Assembly: GCA_910578075.1 (NCBI GenBank)
Contig: CAJTPK010000002.1
Location: 46,479 to 110,478, forward strand
Source of the DNA: an uncultured Muribaculaceae bacterium
Lineage (GTDB): Bacteria > Bacteroidota > Bacteroidia > Bacteroidales > Muribaculaceae
Direction of reading: 5' to 3'
DNA: 64,000 nucleotides
The translations under genes were made by a program, and so were the position numbers. Every line of letters starts with the position of its first letter. The first letter of the stretch is position 1. Below the pieces are notes generated by a model. The model had not been told where the DNA came from. It saw nothing but the letters and a program-made list of their open reading frames with translations, and ran no database searches. This document shows, piece after piece, positions 45,573 to 55,335 of this stretch.

Positions 45573-46576
45573 TAGAAGGACATGGAGATGACCTGTATCG
45601 CTACGGTGGTAAGGTAAAATATAATTTCAGCACAAATATTGTTTCCGATATGGATCATCGGAAACTCACCGGATATCTATCCACTGTAATGTCTTCGATA
45701 GGAAGCTATCCGGAGCCTGCACCGTTCTCATTGGAGAAAATGATAGCGAAGAAAATTGATGTGGAACCGGAGAATGTGGTGGTTACTAATGGTGCGACAG
45801 ATGCGATGTATCGTATCGCGCATATCAAATCTGGCAAACGCGCAGCTATCCGGATACCTACATTCAGGGAATATCAGGATGCATGCGTGGCATATGGTCA
45901 TGAGATTGCCTTTTTTAATGATATAGATAATGTTCCGGTTGCAGACAGCGTATGGTTATGCAATCCGAACAATCCCACGGGAGAGGTTCTTGATAAGTGT
46001 GAAATATTGCATTTGAGTAATAATAGAGACTCCACTTGGCTAATCGTGGATCAGGCATACGCAGACTATACTCAGCTTCCTGTAATTACGCCTGCGGAGG
46101 CTGTGGAATCCGGTAATGTGATTTTACTCAGTTCGTTGACCAAGAGATTTGCCATTCCGGGATTGCGGATAGGTTATCTGGTAGCTCCTCGGGAGATTGC
46201 GGCTGAAATCAGGTCTGCCGGTATGCCGTGGGCTGTGAATTCGCTTGCCATAGAGGCAGGTAAATATCTGCTGGGTCATGAAGCGGATTATCATATTGAT
46301 GCGGAAACTCTTCATGCTGAGGCATTGCGTATAGCTGAGGAATTCAGGAAATCAGGTATCAACTGCGAACCGACCGATTGCAATTTCATATTGTGCAGAT
46401 TGTCCGGAAGAAAAGCGTCAGATCTTAAAAAATATCTTGTGGAGAATCATGAGATTCTTATACGCGATGCATCCAATTTTGAAGGCTTGGATGAATCGTA
46501 TTTCAGAGTTGCAGCGCAGACTGCAGAACAGAATGACTTACTCATTAAAGCTATTGGGAAATGGATGAGAATATGA
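45569..46576 (+). CDS. cobD: Threonine-phosphate decarboxylase (class I/II aminotransferase fold)
   Basis: 335 aa with N-terminal GHGDD and an SLTKRFAIPGLRIGY Lys region. B12 operon context. Confidence 0.78.
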   Translation: MIEGHGDDLYRYGGKVKYNFSTNIVSDMDHRKLTGYLSTVMSSIGSYPEPAPFSLEKMIAKKIDVEPENVVVTNGATDAMYRIAHIKSGKRAAIRIPTFREYQDACVAYGHEIAFFNDIDNVPVADSVWLCNPNNPTGEVLDKCEILHLSNNRDSTWLIVDQAYADYTQLPVITPAEAVESGNVILLSSLTKRFAIPGLRIGYLVAPREIAAEIRSAGMPWAVNSLAIEAGKYLLGHEADYHIDAETLHAEALRIAEEFRKSGINCEPTDCNFILCRLSGRKASDLKKYLVENHEILIRDASNFEGLDESYFRVAAQTAEQNDLLIKAIGKWMRI

Positions 46577-47514
46577 TCAATTGGCAAGGGTATATGATTG
46601 TGGCGATTCCTTTGCTGGCAGGATGGCTGCTTGACCGAATCATGGGAGATCCTGCATGGTTGCCGCATCCGGTAGTGTTATATGGAAAAATCATATCCTT
46701 TTTTGAACATCAGTTGAATCAGGGTATCGGACGCAAGATGAAGGGAGGGATAATGTCATTTTTGCTTGTGCTGTCGGTTTTCATCATAGTCTGGCTTATA
46801 CTTTTGTTGTTGTCTCCATATTCGGTATTGAAGATTGTAGTGACAGCCATTGGTGTGTTCTATTGTCTCGCGGGAACAACGTTGTCGCGGGAAGTTAGGA
46901 TGGTATTTGACGCATGTGGAAGAGGGATAGAGGCAGCACGTAGACAGATAGCGCGTATTGTCGGTCGTGACACAGGTTCGCTTGACGAACAGGAGATAAA
47001 GACTGCAGCGTTGGAGACTCTTGCCGAGAATCTCAGTGATGGGGTGATTGCGCCTCTTTTTTGGTATCTGGTTTTAGGTTTACCGGGGATGATGGCGTAT
47101 AAGATGGTCAATACGCTCGATTCGATGATAGGTTACAAGAACGAGCGATATAAAGATTTCGGATGCTTTGCAGCCCGTATGGATGATGTGGCGAACTATC
47201 TTCCTGCGCGGCTGACATCATTTCTGATGATTCTATCGAGTGGAAAACTGCGGTTGCTTAAATTTGTGAGACGATACGGGCGATGTCATGCCAGTCCTAA
47301 TTCGGGATATCCGGAGGCGGCTCTCGCCGGCATTCTCGGCTGTCGCTTCGGTGGCACCCACGACTACTTCGGTCAGTCTGTCTACAAACCTTACATCGGT
47401 GAAACTCCGAAAACTCTTACGTCCTCCGACCTCCACATCTCCCTCCGCATCTGTTTCCGCTCCGAACTGCTGATGCTCCTCCTGACCCTCCTTATTATGC
47501 GGTTTTGCGTTTGA
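46573..47514 (+). CDS. cbiB: Adenosylcobinamide-phosphate synthase
   Basis: GDPAWLPHPVVLYGK motif, membrane protein. ATGA overlap with cobD (an alternative ATG is at 46561). Confidence 0.85.
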   Translation: MINWQGYMIVAIPLLAGWLLDRIMGDPAWLPHPVVLYGKIISFFEHQLNQGIGRKMKGGIMSFLLVLSVFIIVWLILLLLSPYSVLKIVVTAIGVFYCLAGTTLSREVRMVFDACGRGIEAARRQIARIVGRDTGSLDEQEIKTAALETLAENLSDGVIAPLFWYLVLGLPGMMAYKMVNTLDSMIGYKNERYKDFGCFAARMDDVANYLPARLTSFLMILSSGKLRLLKFVRRYGRCHASPNSGYPEAALAGILGCRFGGTHDYFGQSVYKPYIGETPKTLTSSDLHISLRICFRSELLMLLLTLLIMRFCV

Positions 47515-48793
47515 TCAGTATGGAGATGATGGTCATCAGTGCGAGGGTCCAGGGGTAATACAGATAGGGCCAGGGGGCAGCGGGGGATATGCCGGCCAAA
47601 CCTGTGGCGAGGAGTGTCTGCGCACCGTAGGGGATGAGGCATTGAACTATGCAGCTGCCTGTGTCGAGAAGGGAGGCGGTTTTCTGTGGTGATATCCCGT
47701 ATTTCTGTGCTATGTTTTGACTTAGCGATCCGACTGTGATGATTGCAACGGTATTGTTTGCGGTGCATAGATTTACTACTCCGACAAGCAATGTGATGCA
47801 TGCCTGAGCTCCTCTGGAGCCTTTCACTCTTGACGTGAGTTTTGTTAGCATCCAGTCGATTCCTCCCGTGGTTTTTATCATTCCCAGCATTCCTGCTGCA
47901 AGCAGGGTTATTATGATGAGCTGTCCCATGGAGTCGATGCCGTTTCCCATCATCCTGCATGCCTCGATTAATGAAACTCCTCGGATTGCGCCGAATGCAA
48001 GTGAAGTCAAGATACCCAATAGAAGCACGATAGTTACATTCATTCCTGTAAGGGACAAGACTATAATCACCATATATGGGGTCACAAGCCACCATGGTTC
48101 ATTCTGTTGCGGAGCCATAAGCTGACTGTCGTGCCCTATAAACATATACATTATCAGGGTGATAAGGGCAGCTGGGAGTACGGTTCTTATATTTGCCTTG
48201 AATTTATCTGCCATGGAACATCCCTGTGTGCGTGTGGCGGCGATGGTAGTGTCGGATATAAACGAGAGGTTGTCACCGAAGAATGCTCCACCTAAAGCTG
48301 TTGCAACATATAGCGAAAGATTCCCTCCCCCTTGCTCGGCCAATTCCACTATCAGTGGCACCAACGCCACGACAGTGCCGACGGAAGTGCCGATTGATAT
48401 GGATATGAAACAAGCCGCTGCAAATATTGCCGGCAACAGAAATGACGGAGGGAAAGCATTGAGGGTCAAGGCAACTGTGGCGTCTATGGCTCCTATGCCT
48501 TTAGCCAGCGATGCAAAGCCGCCGGCAAGCACAAAAATCCATACCATGTAAAGTATGTTGGAATGTCCCGCTGCTTTAGAGAAGATTTCGATTCTATCCT
48601 GCAACGATTTGTTGCGGCAGATGGCTACAGCCCATACCGATGCCGCCAGAAGTGCTACGGTAATGGGCATTATGTAGAAGTCTCCGATGATAAGCGACAC
48701 AGCGACATACATCAGAAGGAAGACAACGGCGGGTGACAATGACAGCCATCCCGGTATGGCGGCAATGCTATTTGAAGATGAAGTCTTTTTCAT
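47495..48793 (-). CDS. NhaC-family Na+/H+ antiporter-like transporter
   Basis: 432 aa, ~11-12 TM. Family assignment is by general resemblance only. Confidence 0.65.
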   Translation of the reverse strand: MKKTSSSNSIAAIPGWLSLSPAVVFLLMYVAVSLIIGDFYIMPITVALLAASVWAVAICRNKSLQDRIEIFSKAAGHSNILYMVWIFVLAGGFASLAKGIGAIDATVALTLNAFPPSFLLPAIFAAACFISISIGTSVGTVVALVPLIVELAEQGGGNLSLYVATALGGAFFGDNLSFISDTTIAATRTQGCSMADKFKANIRTVLPAALITLIMYMFIGHDSQLMAPQQNEPWWLVTPYMVIIVLSLTGMNVTIVLLLGILTSLAFGAIRGVSLIEACRMMGNGIDSMGQLIIITLLAAGMLGMIKTTGGIDWMLTKLTSRVKGSRGAQACITLLVGVVNLCTANNTVAIITVGSLSQNIAQKYGISPQKTASLLDTGSCIVQCLIPYGAQTLLATGLAGISPAAPWPYLYYPWTLALMTIISILIKRKTA

Positions 48794-48809
48794 TTTATGG
48801 GACGGACTC

Positions 48810-49358
48810 TTAAGGCAAGGTTATTTCAACAAGACCTCCATAAGGAGGTTGAAAAGAGAATAAGTTTTCGACAGTGGCACGACCGGTCACGAACATGGCG
48901 TTCATTATCACTCCTGCATGTGTGAAAACGAGTACGTTGTCCTGGCCGGAAGCCGACATCTCCTCAAGAAAGGATCTTACACGTTTGTTCTGATCGAGAA
49001 ATGATTCACCGCCTGTAGGTGTGATATGTAGCCAGTCGTCATACCATTGCTGTAGCCTCGGGTCGCGGATGTCATCGTAGCGTTTCATCTCCCACTCTCC
49101 GAAATCCATTTCAAGCAGGCGAGAATCCGATAAGGCATCCGGGTATCCACATGCCTCAGCAAGCAGGCGGCAACGGCTCAAAGGGCTACGGTATATGGCA
49201 TCAAACGCTTTGCCATTTTTTATTATAGCCTCCTCAATTGAAGATTTCACGAGCGCGGCTTCTTCCGGGAATGAGGGTTTCAGGGCGACATCGGTTCTGC
49301 CGTAGCATATTCCCGGCTCCACATCAACCGAGGTGTGGCGAACAAAAGTTATTTTCAT
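48810..49358 (-). CDS. cobC: Alpha-ribazole phosphatase (histidine phosphatase family)
   Basis: MKITFVRHTS carries the RHG-type motif. It lies downstream of cobS. Confidence 0.78.
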   Translation of the reverse strand: MKITFVRHTSVDVEPGICYGRTDVALKPSFPEEAALVKSSIEEAIIKNGKAFDAIYRSPLSRCRLLAEACGYPDALSDSRLLEMDFGEWEMKRYDDIRDPRLQQWYDDWLHITPTGGESFLDQNKRVRSFLEEMSASGQDNVLVFTHAGVIMNAMFVTGRATVENLFSFQPPYGGLVEITLP

Positions 49359-49438
49359 ATATAGATGTTTGTTAAATATGTGCAATCATAATGAAGAAAG
49401 AAATTTGGCCTTGACAATCCCCATTGTATGGTCAAAAC

Positions 49439-49641
49439 ATCACGCAGAGCCGCAAAGGCGCAAAGCCTGGAGTTGACAAGTCCGATGATAAAGATCACGG
49501 AGAATCGCGTGGCGATTTTTGCAAAGTCGCGGAGCAAGTGCCTCGGACTCTGTGTCTCGATAGGAGTGGTAACGACTTCTGCGCCAAATTGAGCGGCATG
49601 AATTCTTTGCGTCTCCGCGTCTCTGCGTGATTAAAATTTTA
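49439..49641 (+). repeat. Family B palindromic repeat (solo copy) between cobS and cobC
   Basis: atcacgcagagccgcaaaggcgcaaagcc ... ctttgcgtctccgcgtctctgcgtgat-taaaatttta. Collinear with 40060-40270. Confidence 0.8.
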
Positions 49642-49658
49642 CGGGACAGAAATAAATT

Positions 49659-50405
49659 TCATGAAAGTTTGAATATTGCTGCGGATGTAAGATAGAAAGC
49701 GAGTTCGCACAACAGCGCTGTTGCCCCGCAACAGTCGCCAGTGTAGCCTCCGATCTTATATCTGAGATAAAGAATCATACCGACAGCTATCAGCATCGGC
49801 AAGCACATGCATGCCCAATATGTGAACGGTAAAAGTAACATCGGCAGGAATCCGGCTGCCACACACATCAGAAATGCTGCGGGAGTCATGCGGTCATATA
49901 TGAGTTTGTTTTTTGCTTCCTCCTGTTTGCGGGCATAGGGGAGAGTATTTATAAGGAAAGATCCGCAGAATTTGCTCCATGGATCTGCCGCAAGCACTAC
50001 CAATGGGGAAAGATGCGACGGAAGGGATGCAACAGACGTTATCATGAGGATGAAATAAACGATAAGTCCAATCACTCCATATGATCCGATGCGGGAATCC
50101 TTCATTATCTCCAAGATGCGGTTACGGTCAGTTCCCCCTCCGAAGCCATCGATGAAATCGGCAAGGCCATCTTCATGCAGTCCACCGGTAAGGATCAGCC
50201 TGACAGCGAATGCAGCCATCACGGCAGTGACAGGGGGGAACACGTGCAGAGCTCCCCATAATGCTAATGCCGTAACGCCACCGGTGATCCATCCTGCCAA
50301 AGGCCATAGATCAACCACACGTTTATATTTGTCGGCCGGTATCTCACATATCTTCCATACCGGAATGCGCGTGAAGAACCCTACTGCCGCAAAAAATTTT
50401 TTCAT
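49659..50405 (-). CDS. cobS: Adenosylcobinamide-GDP ribazoletransferase (cobalamin synthase)
   Basis: FFTRIPV N-terminal motif; 248-aa polytopic membrane protein. Confidence 0.88.
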   Translation of the reverse strand: MKKFFAAVGFFTRIPVWKICEIPADKYKRVVDLWPLAGWITGGVTALALWGALHVFPPVTAVMAAFAVRLILTGGLHEDGLADFIDGFGGGTDRNRILEIMKDSRIGSYGVIGLIVYFILMITSVASLPSHLSPLVVLAADPWSKFCGSFLINTLPYARKQEEAKNKLIYDRMTPAAFLMCVAAGFLPMLLLPFTYWACMCLPMLIAVGMILYLRYKIGGYTGDCCGATALLCELAFYLTSAAIFKLS

Positions 50406-50413
50406 ACAGTTTC

Positions 50414-51451
50414 TTAGAAATATTTGGTGACGCCGACTGACTGGAAATTATCCATTTCGTTGATCATGCGCACAGCGGAGTCGAGGATAGGGTAGGCACA
50501 TACCGCGCCGCTGCCTTCTCCGAGACGGAGATCGAGATGCAGTATTGGGTCAGCGTTCATTGCCTGAAGCATGAGTTTGTGACCGGATTCATCTCCCTGA
50601 TGACCGAAGATAGCATAATCGAGCACTTCAGGATACAGCTTCGAGGCAGCAAGTATGCAGGCGGTCATGATAAAGCCGTCTACAAGGATAATCATGCCGA
50701 GTTCGGCTGCGCGGAGCATACCACCTACCGCCATGACCATCTCGTAACCTCCGAACCATTCAATATAGCTTTCCGGAGAACCGTCACCGTTGTAGTTCTC
50801 CCAGGCGCGTGTAAGCACGTCGAGTTTATGGCTGACCCCAGGTTTGTCGAGACCGGCACCCGCACCGATGCAGTCAGCGAGCGGTATTCCGGTGAACGCG
50901 TGCATCCACATTGATGATGAAGAGGTGTTGCCGCTACCCATCTCACCGAAGCTAACCACATTGCAACCATCGCAAAATACCTTGTCAACAACTCTTGAAC
51001 CTCGCTCGATTGCCGTTTCCATCTCCTCGCGGGTCATAGCCGGTCCATGAAGGAAATTGCGTGTGGATTTGCGGATCTTGCAATCGATGATACCTCTTCC
51101 TGTGGGAATGTCATAGTCCACTCCCGCATCGACAAGAACAAGTTTGAAACCATGCTGGTCGCAGAGGAAATTGATGCCGGCTCCGCCATGTGAGAAATGG
51201 GAGAGCTGTTGCCAAGTTACTTCCTTCGGAGAAACCGTCACACCTTCTTCTATTATGCCATGGTCGGCAGCGAAGAGGATATTGTGAGGCTTGGACAACT
51301 GCGGAGTCAGAGTCTGCTGGATGAGACCGACACGCGTTGCGAGAGTCTCAAGCTTTCCTAAAGAGCCTTTGGGTTTTGTAAGAAAATCGATTTTCTCAAG
51401 AAGGTCTTTCTCAATTTCTTTTGATGGGGAGATTATGTTGAAATGTCTCAT
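50414..51451 (-). CDS. cobT: Nicotinate-nucleotide--dimethylbenzimidazole phosphoribosyltransferase
   Basis: [21 protein letters not shown] and GEGSGA motifs. Confidence 0.9.
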   Translation of the reverse strand: MRHFNIISPSKEIEKDLLEKIDFLTKPKGSLGKLETLATRVGLIQQTLTPQLSKPHNILFAADHGIIEEGVTVSPKEVTWQQLSHFSHGGAGINFLCDQHGFKLVLVDAGVDYDIPTGRGIIDCKIRKSTRNFLHGPAMTREEMETAIERGSRVVDKVFCDGCNVVSFGEMGSGNTSSSSMWMHAFTGIPLADCIGAGAGLDKPGVSHKLDVLTRAWENYNGDGSPESYIEWFGGYEMVMAVGGMLRAAELGMIILVDGFIMTACILAASKLYPEVLDYAIFGHQGDESGHKLMLQAMNADPILHLDLRLGEGSGAVCAYPILDSAVRMINEMDNFQSVGVTKYF

Positions 51452-51470
51452 GACTTATAATGTTTGTTCG

Positions 51471-51986
51471 TTATTTTATTTTTACCGGAATGCCGGCAAC
51501 AGTCAGATATACTTCATCAGCGAGAGAGGCTATAAACTGGTTGAACCAACCTTGAATATCAGTGAAACGTCGTGTCATGGCGTTTGGCGACACACCTCCG
51601 GAACCGATTTCATTCGACACAAAGATGTAGGTGGCGTCATGGGATGTGAATTTTGTGAACTCCTCCTTTAGTTTTGCAAGGGAGGACTGCACATCCTCAT
51701 TATATTTGAAGAAGACATTGGTCACCCACATTGTGACGCAGTCTATCAATACAGTCTTTCCTGTCATGTCGTGCCGTCCGAGTTCGATCTCCTCCTCGAC
51801 TGTGGTCCAGTCCGGTCCGCGGCGATTCTGATGTATGCGTACCCTTTCGCGGAATTCATCATCCATCACGTGCGCGGTGGCAAGGTATACCGGTGTGGCG
51901 GAATGTTTGAGCGCGAGTGATTCCGAAAACTCGCTTTTGCCTGACCGTTGTCCTCCGGTCACCAATATGATATTTTTATCGCTCAT
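51471..51986 (-). CDS. cobU: Bifunctional adenosylcobinamide kinase/adenosylcobinamide-phosphate guanylyltransferase
   Basis: P-loop VTGGQRSGKSEFSE; 171 aa. Confidence 0.9.
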   Translation of the reverse strand: MSDKNIILVTGGQRSGKSEFSESLALKHSATPVYLATAHVMDDEFRERVRIHQNRRGPDWTTVEEEIELGRHDMTGKTVLIDCVTMWVTNVFFKYNEDVQSSLAKLKEEFTKFTSHDATYIFVSNEIGSGGVSPNAMTRRFTDIQGWFNQFIASLADEVYLTVAGIPVKIK

Positions 51987-52960
51987 AGTTTGTATATATC
52001 TGAAATGGATGCCAGGGAACCATTCCTGACACTTTTCTCGGAAAAACGCTTTAGATTATCACCATCGATCCCTTGACGGAAATATACGAAGGGGGAGTTG
52101 CCGGAAGAGTGACATCCACTCTCGCATAGCGACGGATGATCTGACATCACGGCTATGGCTAAGTCTGATTCCGTTGTAGTGACAATTTCCAAAAGAGGAG
52201 AGATGATATGTTTGTCAATACTTTCGATTGAGTTGATTTTCCCGTTCACGTCCCGCGCATGCGAGGCGAAATCGCAAGCTTCTACATGGACAATGACCAG
52301 ATCGTAGTCATCAAGCGCACGGACTGCCGCTTCCCCTTTCCCTTTGAAATCAGTATGGATTGTGCCAGTGGCATGTTCGGGTTTGATCCAATCCGCACCA
52401 ATCTCAATTGCAATACCATGCAGAAGTGGAACAGCTCCGATTATAACAGTTTTCAGCGGAGTGCCGTCCTCTGTATGATGAATGGAGGTGAGAGGCGGAT
52501 ATGTGCGGTAGGAATCCCCGCTCCAAAAAGCAATATCCGATAGTTTAGCTAAAGTTGCGACATCATTAGATGGAGCAATACATATCCCTTTTGTGGCGGC
52601 AATAGGGATGAATGTGCAATCCTTGAATCGGGATCTTAATTCCTTAATGTTAAAATCTCCCGCATCGGTCAGATAGCGCATTGCCGTGTATCCTTCCGGA
52701 ATAGGTATGCCAAGACCAGATGCCTCCAGCGGCCCTCTGCCTGCCGGAAGTGAGGAGGGTTCGTATCCGAGAATGGTGAGAATCGCGACTTCGCTGCCGG
52801 GATAGAACCCGTCAGGCACGGTCTGCAAAGAACCGCATCTCCCTATTCGGGCAAGCTTATCCAATGCCGGAGTATGCGCATATTCGAGCGGAGTCTTGCC
52901 ACCTAATGAGGATACAGGCTCGTCAGCCATACCATCGCATATTACAATTACCCTTTTCAT
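51983..52960 (-). CDS. ApgM-like (cofactor-independent phosphoglycerate mutase/metalloenzyme superfamily) protein; function in the B12 context unknown
   Basis: MKRVIVICDGMADEPVSSLGGKTPLEYAHTPALDKLA...GSEVAILTILGY...GRGPLEA is the typical ApgM-family N-terminus. 4-nt overlap with cobU. Confidence 0.75.
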   Translation of the reverse strand: MKRVIVICDGMADEPVSSLGGKTPLEYAHTPALDKLARIGRCGSLQTVPDGFYPGSEVAILTILGYEPSSLPAGRGPLEASGLGIPIPEGYTAMRYLTDAGDFNIKELRSRFKDCTFIPIAATKGICIAPSNDVATLAKLSDIAFWSGDSYRTYPPLTSIHHTEDGTPLKTVIIGAVPLLHGIAIEIGADWIKPEHATGTIHTDFKGKGEAAVRALDDYDLVIVHVEACDFASHARDVNGKINSIESIDKHIISPLLEIVTTTESDLAIAVMSDHPSLCESGCHSSGNSPFVYFRQGIDGDNLKRFSEKSVRNGSLASISDIYKL

Positions 52961-53001
52961 TCCCTATATGTGGAGTATTAAAACCTAATAACTCGTCACT
53001 A

Positions 53002-53823
53002 TTACTTAATACATGATTTGAGGATTTCCAGTGCCTCATCGCGACCGGCATTGACAAGATCAGGATGATGTGCATCGGAGTTTACAACGATGGGAACATC
53101 AGCATCGTGAAGTTTCTGCCACCATTTCAGAGCAGGGAAGAAGCGGTTCTTGTCAGCAAGTGATTTAGTATTTACCTCAACGATCACACCTGCTGATTTC
53201 GCATGGGAGATTATGTCATCAATATAGGCTTCATACCATGGCTGATTTTCGATTTCAGGATCGGCAATCGCCGCATTACCAGCAATCTTATCGAAGTGAC
53301 CCAATATCTCGAAACCTCCATGCTCAAGCATCATGAGTACTTGTTCGAAATATTTTTCTGCGACATAACGGAGATCACCGTTATATCCGTCTTTGAGGAA
53401 TCTGGCAAAACGTTCGAACTTTCCGTCACAGTCAAGCCATACACCATCTTGGTTAGGGACGAAATGCACTGATGCAAGGCGATAGTCGAGAGGTAAATTC
53501 TGGAAATAATCAATGTGTGGACCGAAATCGGGACTCATATAATCGATTTCCAGGGAGGTTAGAACCGCCATCTTGCCATCGTATAGCTCTTTTAGTTTGG
53601 AAGCTTCCGCAAGATATTCGTCCATATCCTCCTTTATCATATTGCAGGGTTCCGGTTGATTGAGCGGAGAATGGGGTGATATGCCCCAGATTTCAAAACC
53701 TGCCTCATGAGCGGCATTCGCCATAACATCAATCGGTGCCCGGCCATCACAGAATTGCGAATGTGAATGGAAATTGTATCTGTCTGTATTTTTAATGAGA
53801 TTTAGAATATCAAAAGTATTCAT
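53002..53823 (-). CDS. PHP-family histidinol-phosphatase-like phosphoesterase
   Basis: NFHSHSQFCDG metal-binding start and a C-terminal NSDAHHP. I chose the ATG at 53823, which abuts the cstA stop. Confidence 0.72.
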   Translation of the reverse strand: MNTFDILNLIKNTDRYNFHSHSQFCDGRAPIDVMANAAHEAGFEIWGISPHSPLNQPEPCNMIKEDMDEYLAEASKLKELYDGKMAVLTSLEIDYMSPDFGPHIDYFQNLPLDYRLASVHFVPNQDGVWLDCDGKFERFARFLKDGYNGDLRYVAEKYFEQVLMMLEHGGFEILGHFDKIAGNAAIADPEIENQPWYEAYIDDIISHAKSAGVIVEVNTKSLADKNRFFPALKWWQKLHDADVPIVVNSDAHHPDLVNAGRDEALEILKSCIK

Positions 53824-53824
53824 G

Positions 53825-55300
53825 TCAGGATAATTGATTTGATGCAATAGTATCTGTGGAATAAGTAAGCCTGAGGAAGCGGGCAAACAATGCGAGCAGC
53901 AGGGCGGATGTGCCTATTCCGATAGCCAAAGCCCATTCATATGCTATGCTGATACCCCATAGTTTATCGGTCAATGCTCCGAATCCTTCAGGAGCGAAGA
54001 ATATATATGTCACGGTTACCGCTGTCATAAACAGAGCGGGAATGAGCGTTATGACATATAACTTTCTCTCTTTGGCAAGGTAGACGGTTAGCGCCCATAG
54101 TGTGAACACCGCGAGCACCTGGTTGCACCATGCGAAGTATCGCCACAGTGCCTCGTAAGGAAGAAGCATGATGATGAAACATATCGCGAATATCGGGAGT
54201 GATATCAGTAATCGCTTCACAATCTTACGTTGCTTCACGCCCATAAAGTCTGCTGCAATGAGCCGGGCAGAGCGAAGGGCTGTATCTCCTGATGTGATAG
54301 GGGCGGCTATTACGCCAAGAACAGCGAGGATGCCACCGGCTGTGCCAAGCCATGTTTTCGAAACATCATTAACGAGGATTGCCGGGCTGCCATTGCCCAG
54401 AAAACTCTGTAATCCGTCGTAACCTCCGGTGAAAGCAATTGCCGCTGCTGCCCATATCAGAGCCACAATACCTTCAGTCACCATCGCTCCGTAGAACACC
54501 GGCCGCGCATGACGCTCGTTTTTCAGACAGCGTGCCATCATGGGGGATTGGGTGGCATGGAAACCGGAGATTGCTCCGCATGCTATCGATACGAACATCA
54601 TCGGAAAAATCGGACTCGCCTCCGGATCCGCCTTGTGGTTATAAAAATTATCCCATATCTCGGGCATTGCGGAGGAGTGTGCATGTAATGCCACAAGAAT
54701 TCCCACCGCCATGAAAAGCAGCGCAAATCCGAAGACCGGGTATAATTTGCCGATCAGTTTGTCGATAGGCAGGAGAGTGGCGAGCATGTAATATGCGAAT
54801 ATGACCACAATCCAGAACAGACGGTCGAAACTTTCGGGAGTCAGCATTGCAAGCAGGTCGGCTGGGTTATAGACAAACACCGCTCCAACTAAAATCATCA
54901 GAAGCAGGGAGAACACGCGCATCGTGTTTTTTATGCCATTGCCAAGCTGGTTGCCCACAATCTCGGGCAGAGAGGCTCCGTTGCTGCGCAACGACAACAT
55001 TCCTGAAAGATAATCGTGGACAGCCCCTGCGAAAATTGTTCCGAAAACTATCCATAGAAAAGCTGCCGGTCCGAACATCACGCCCATTATAGCTCCGAAG
55101 ATCGGCCCGAGTCCGGCTATGTTGAGAAACTGGATGAGAAAAACTTTCCAGGTAGGTAGCTCTACAAAATCAACACCGTCGGCATGCTGTTTCACCGGGG
55201 TCGGGCGCGAAGGATCCTGTCCGAAAACTTTGGATACAAACGCTCCGTAAGTAAAGTATCCTGCAATCAGGATGATGAGTGCGAGTGTGAAGGAAAACAC
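53825..55300 (-). CDS. cstA: Carbon starvation protein A (CstA-family peptide/pyruvate transporter)
   Basis: 491 aa, polytopic, with a CstA-like N-terminus and conserved GPIFGAI-type segment. Confidence 0.85.
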   Translation of the reverse strand: MFSFTLALIILIAGYFTYGAFVSKVFGQDPSRPTPVKQHADGVDFVELPTWKVFLIQFLNIAGLGPIFGAIMGVMFGPAAFLWIVFGTIFAGAVHDYLSGMLSLRSNGASLPEIVGNQLGNGIKNTMRVFSLLLMILVGAVFVYNPADLLAMLTPESFDRLFWIVVIFAYYMLATLLPIDKLIGKLYPVFGFALLFMAVGILVALHAHSSAMPEIWDNFYNHKADPEASPIFPMMFVSIACGAISGFHATQSPMMARCLKNERHARPVFYGAMVTEGIVALIWAAAAIAFTGGYDGLQSFLGNGSPAILVNDVSKTWLGTAGGILAVLGVIAAPITSGDTALRSARLIAADFMGVKQRKIVKRLLISLPIFAICFIIMLLPYEALWRYFAWCNQVLAVFTLWALTVYLAKERKLYVITLIPALFMTAVTVTYIFFAPEGFGALTDKLWGISIAYEWALAIGIGTSALLLALFARFLRLTYSTDTIASNQLS

Positions 55301-55335
55301 GATAGGAAATGTTTAAGGTTAGGTGTTCAATAAAA

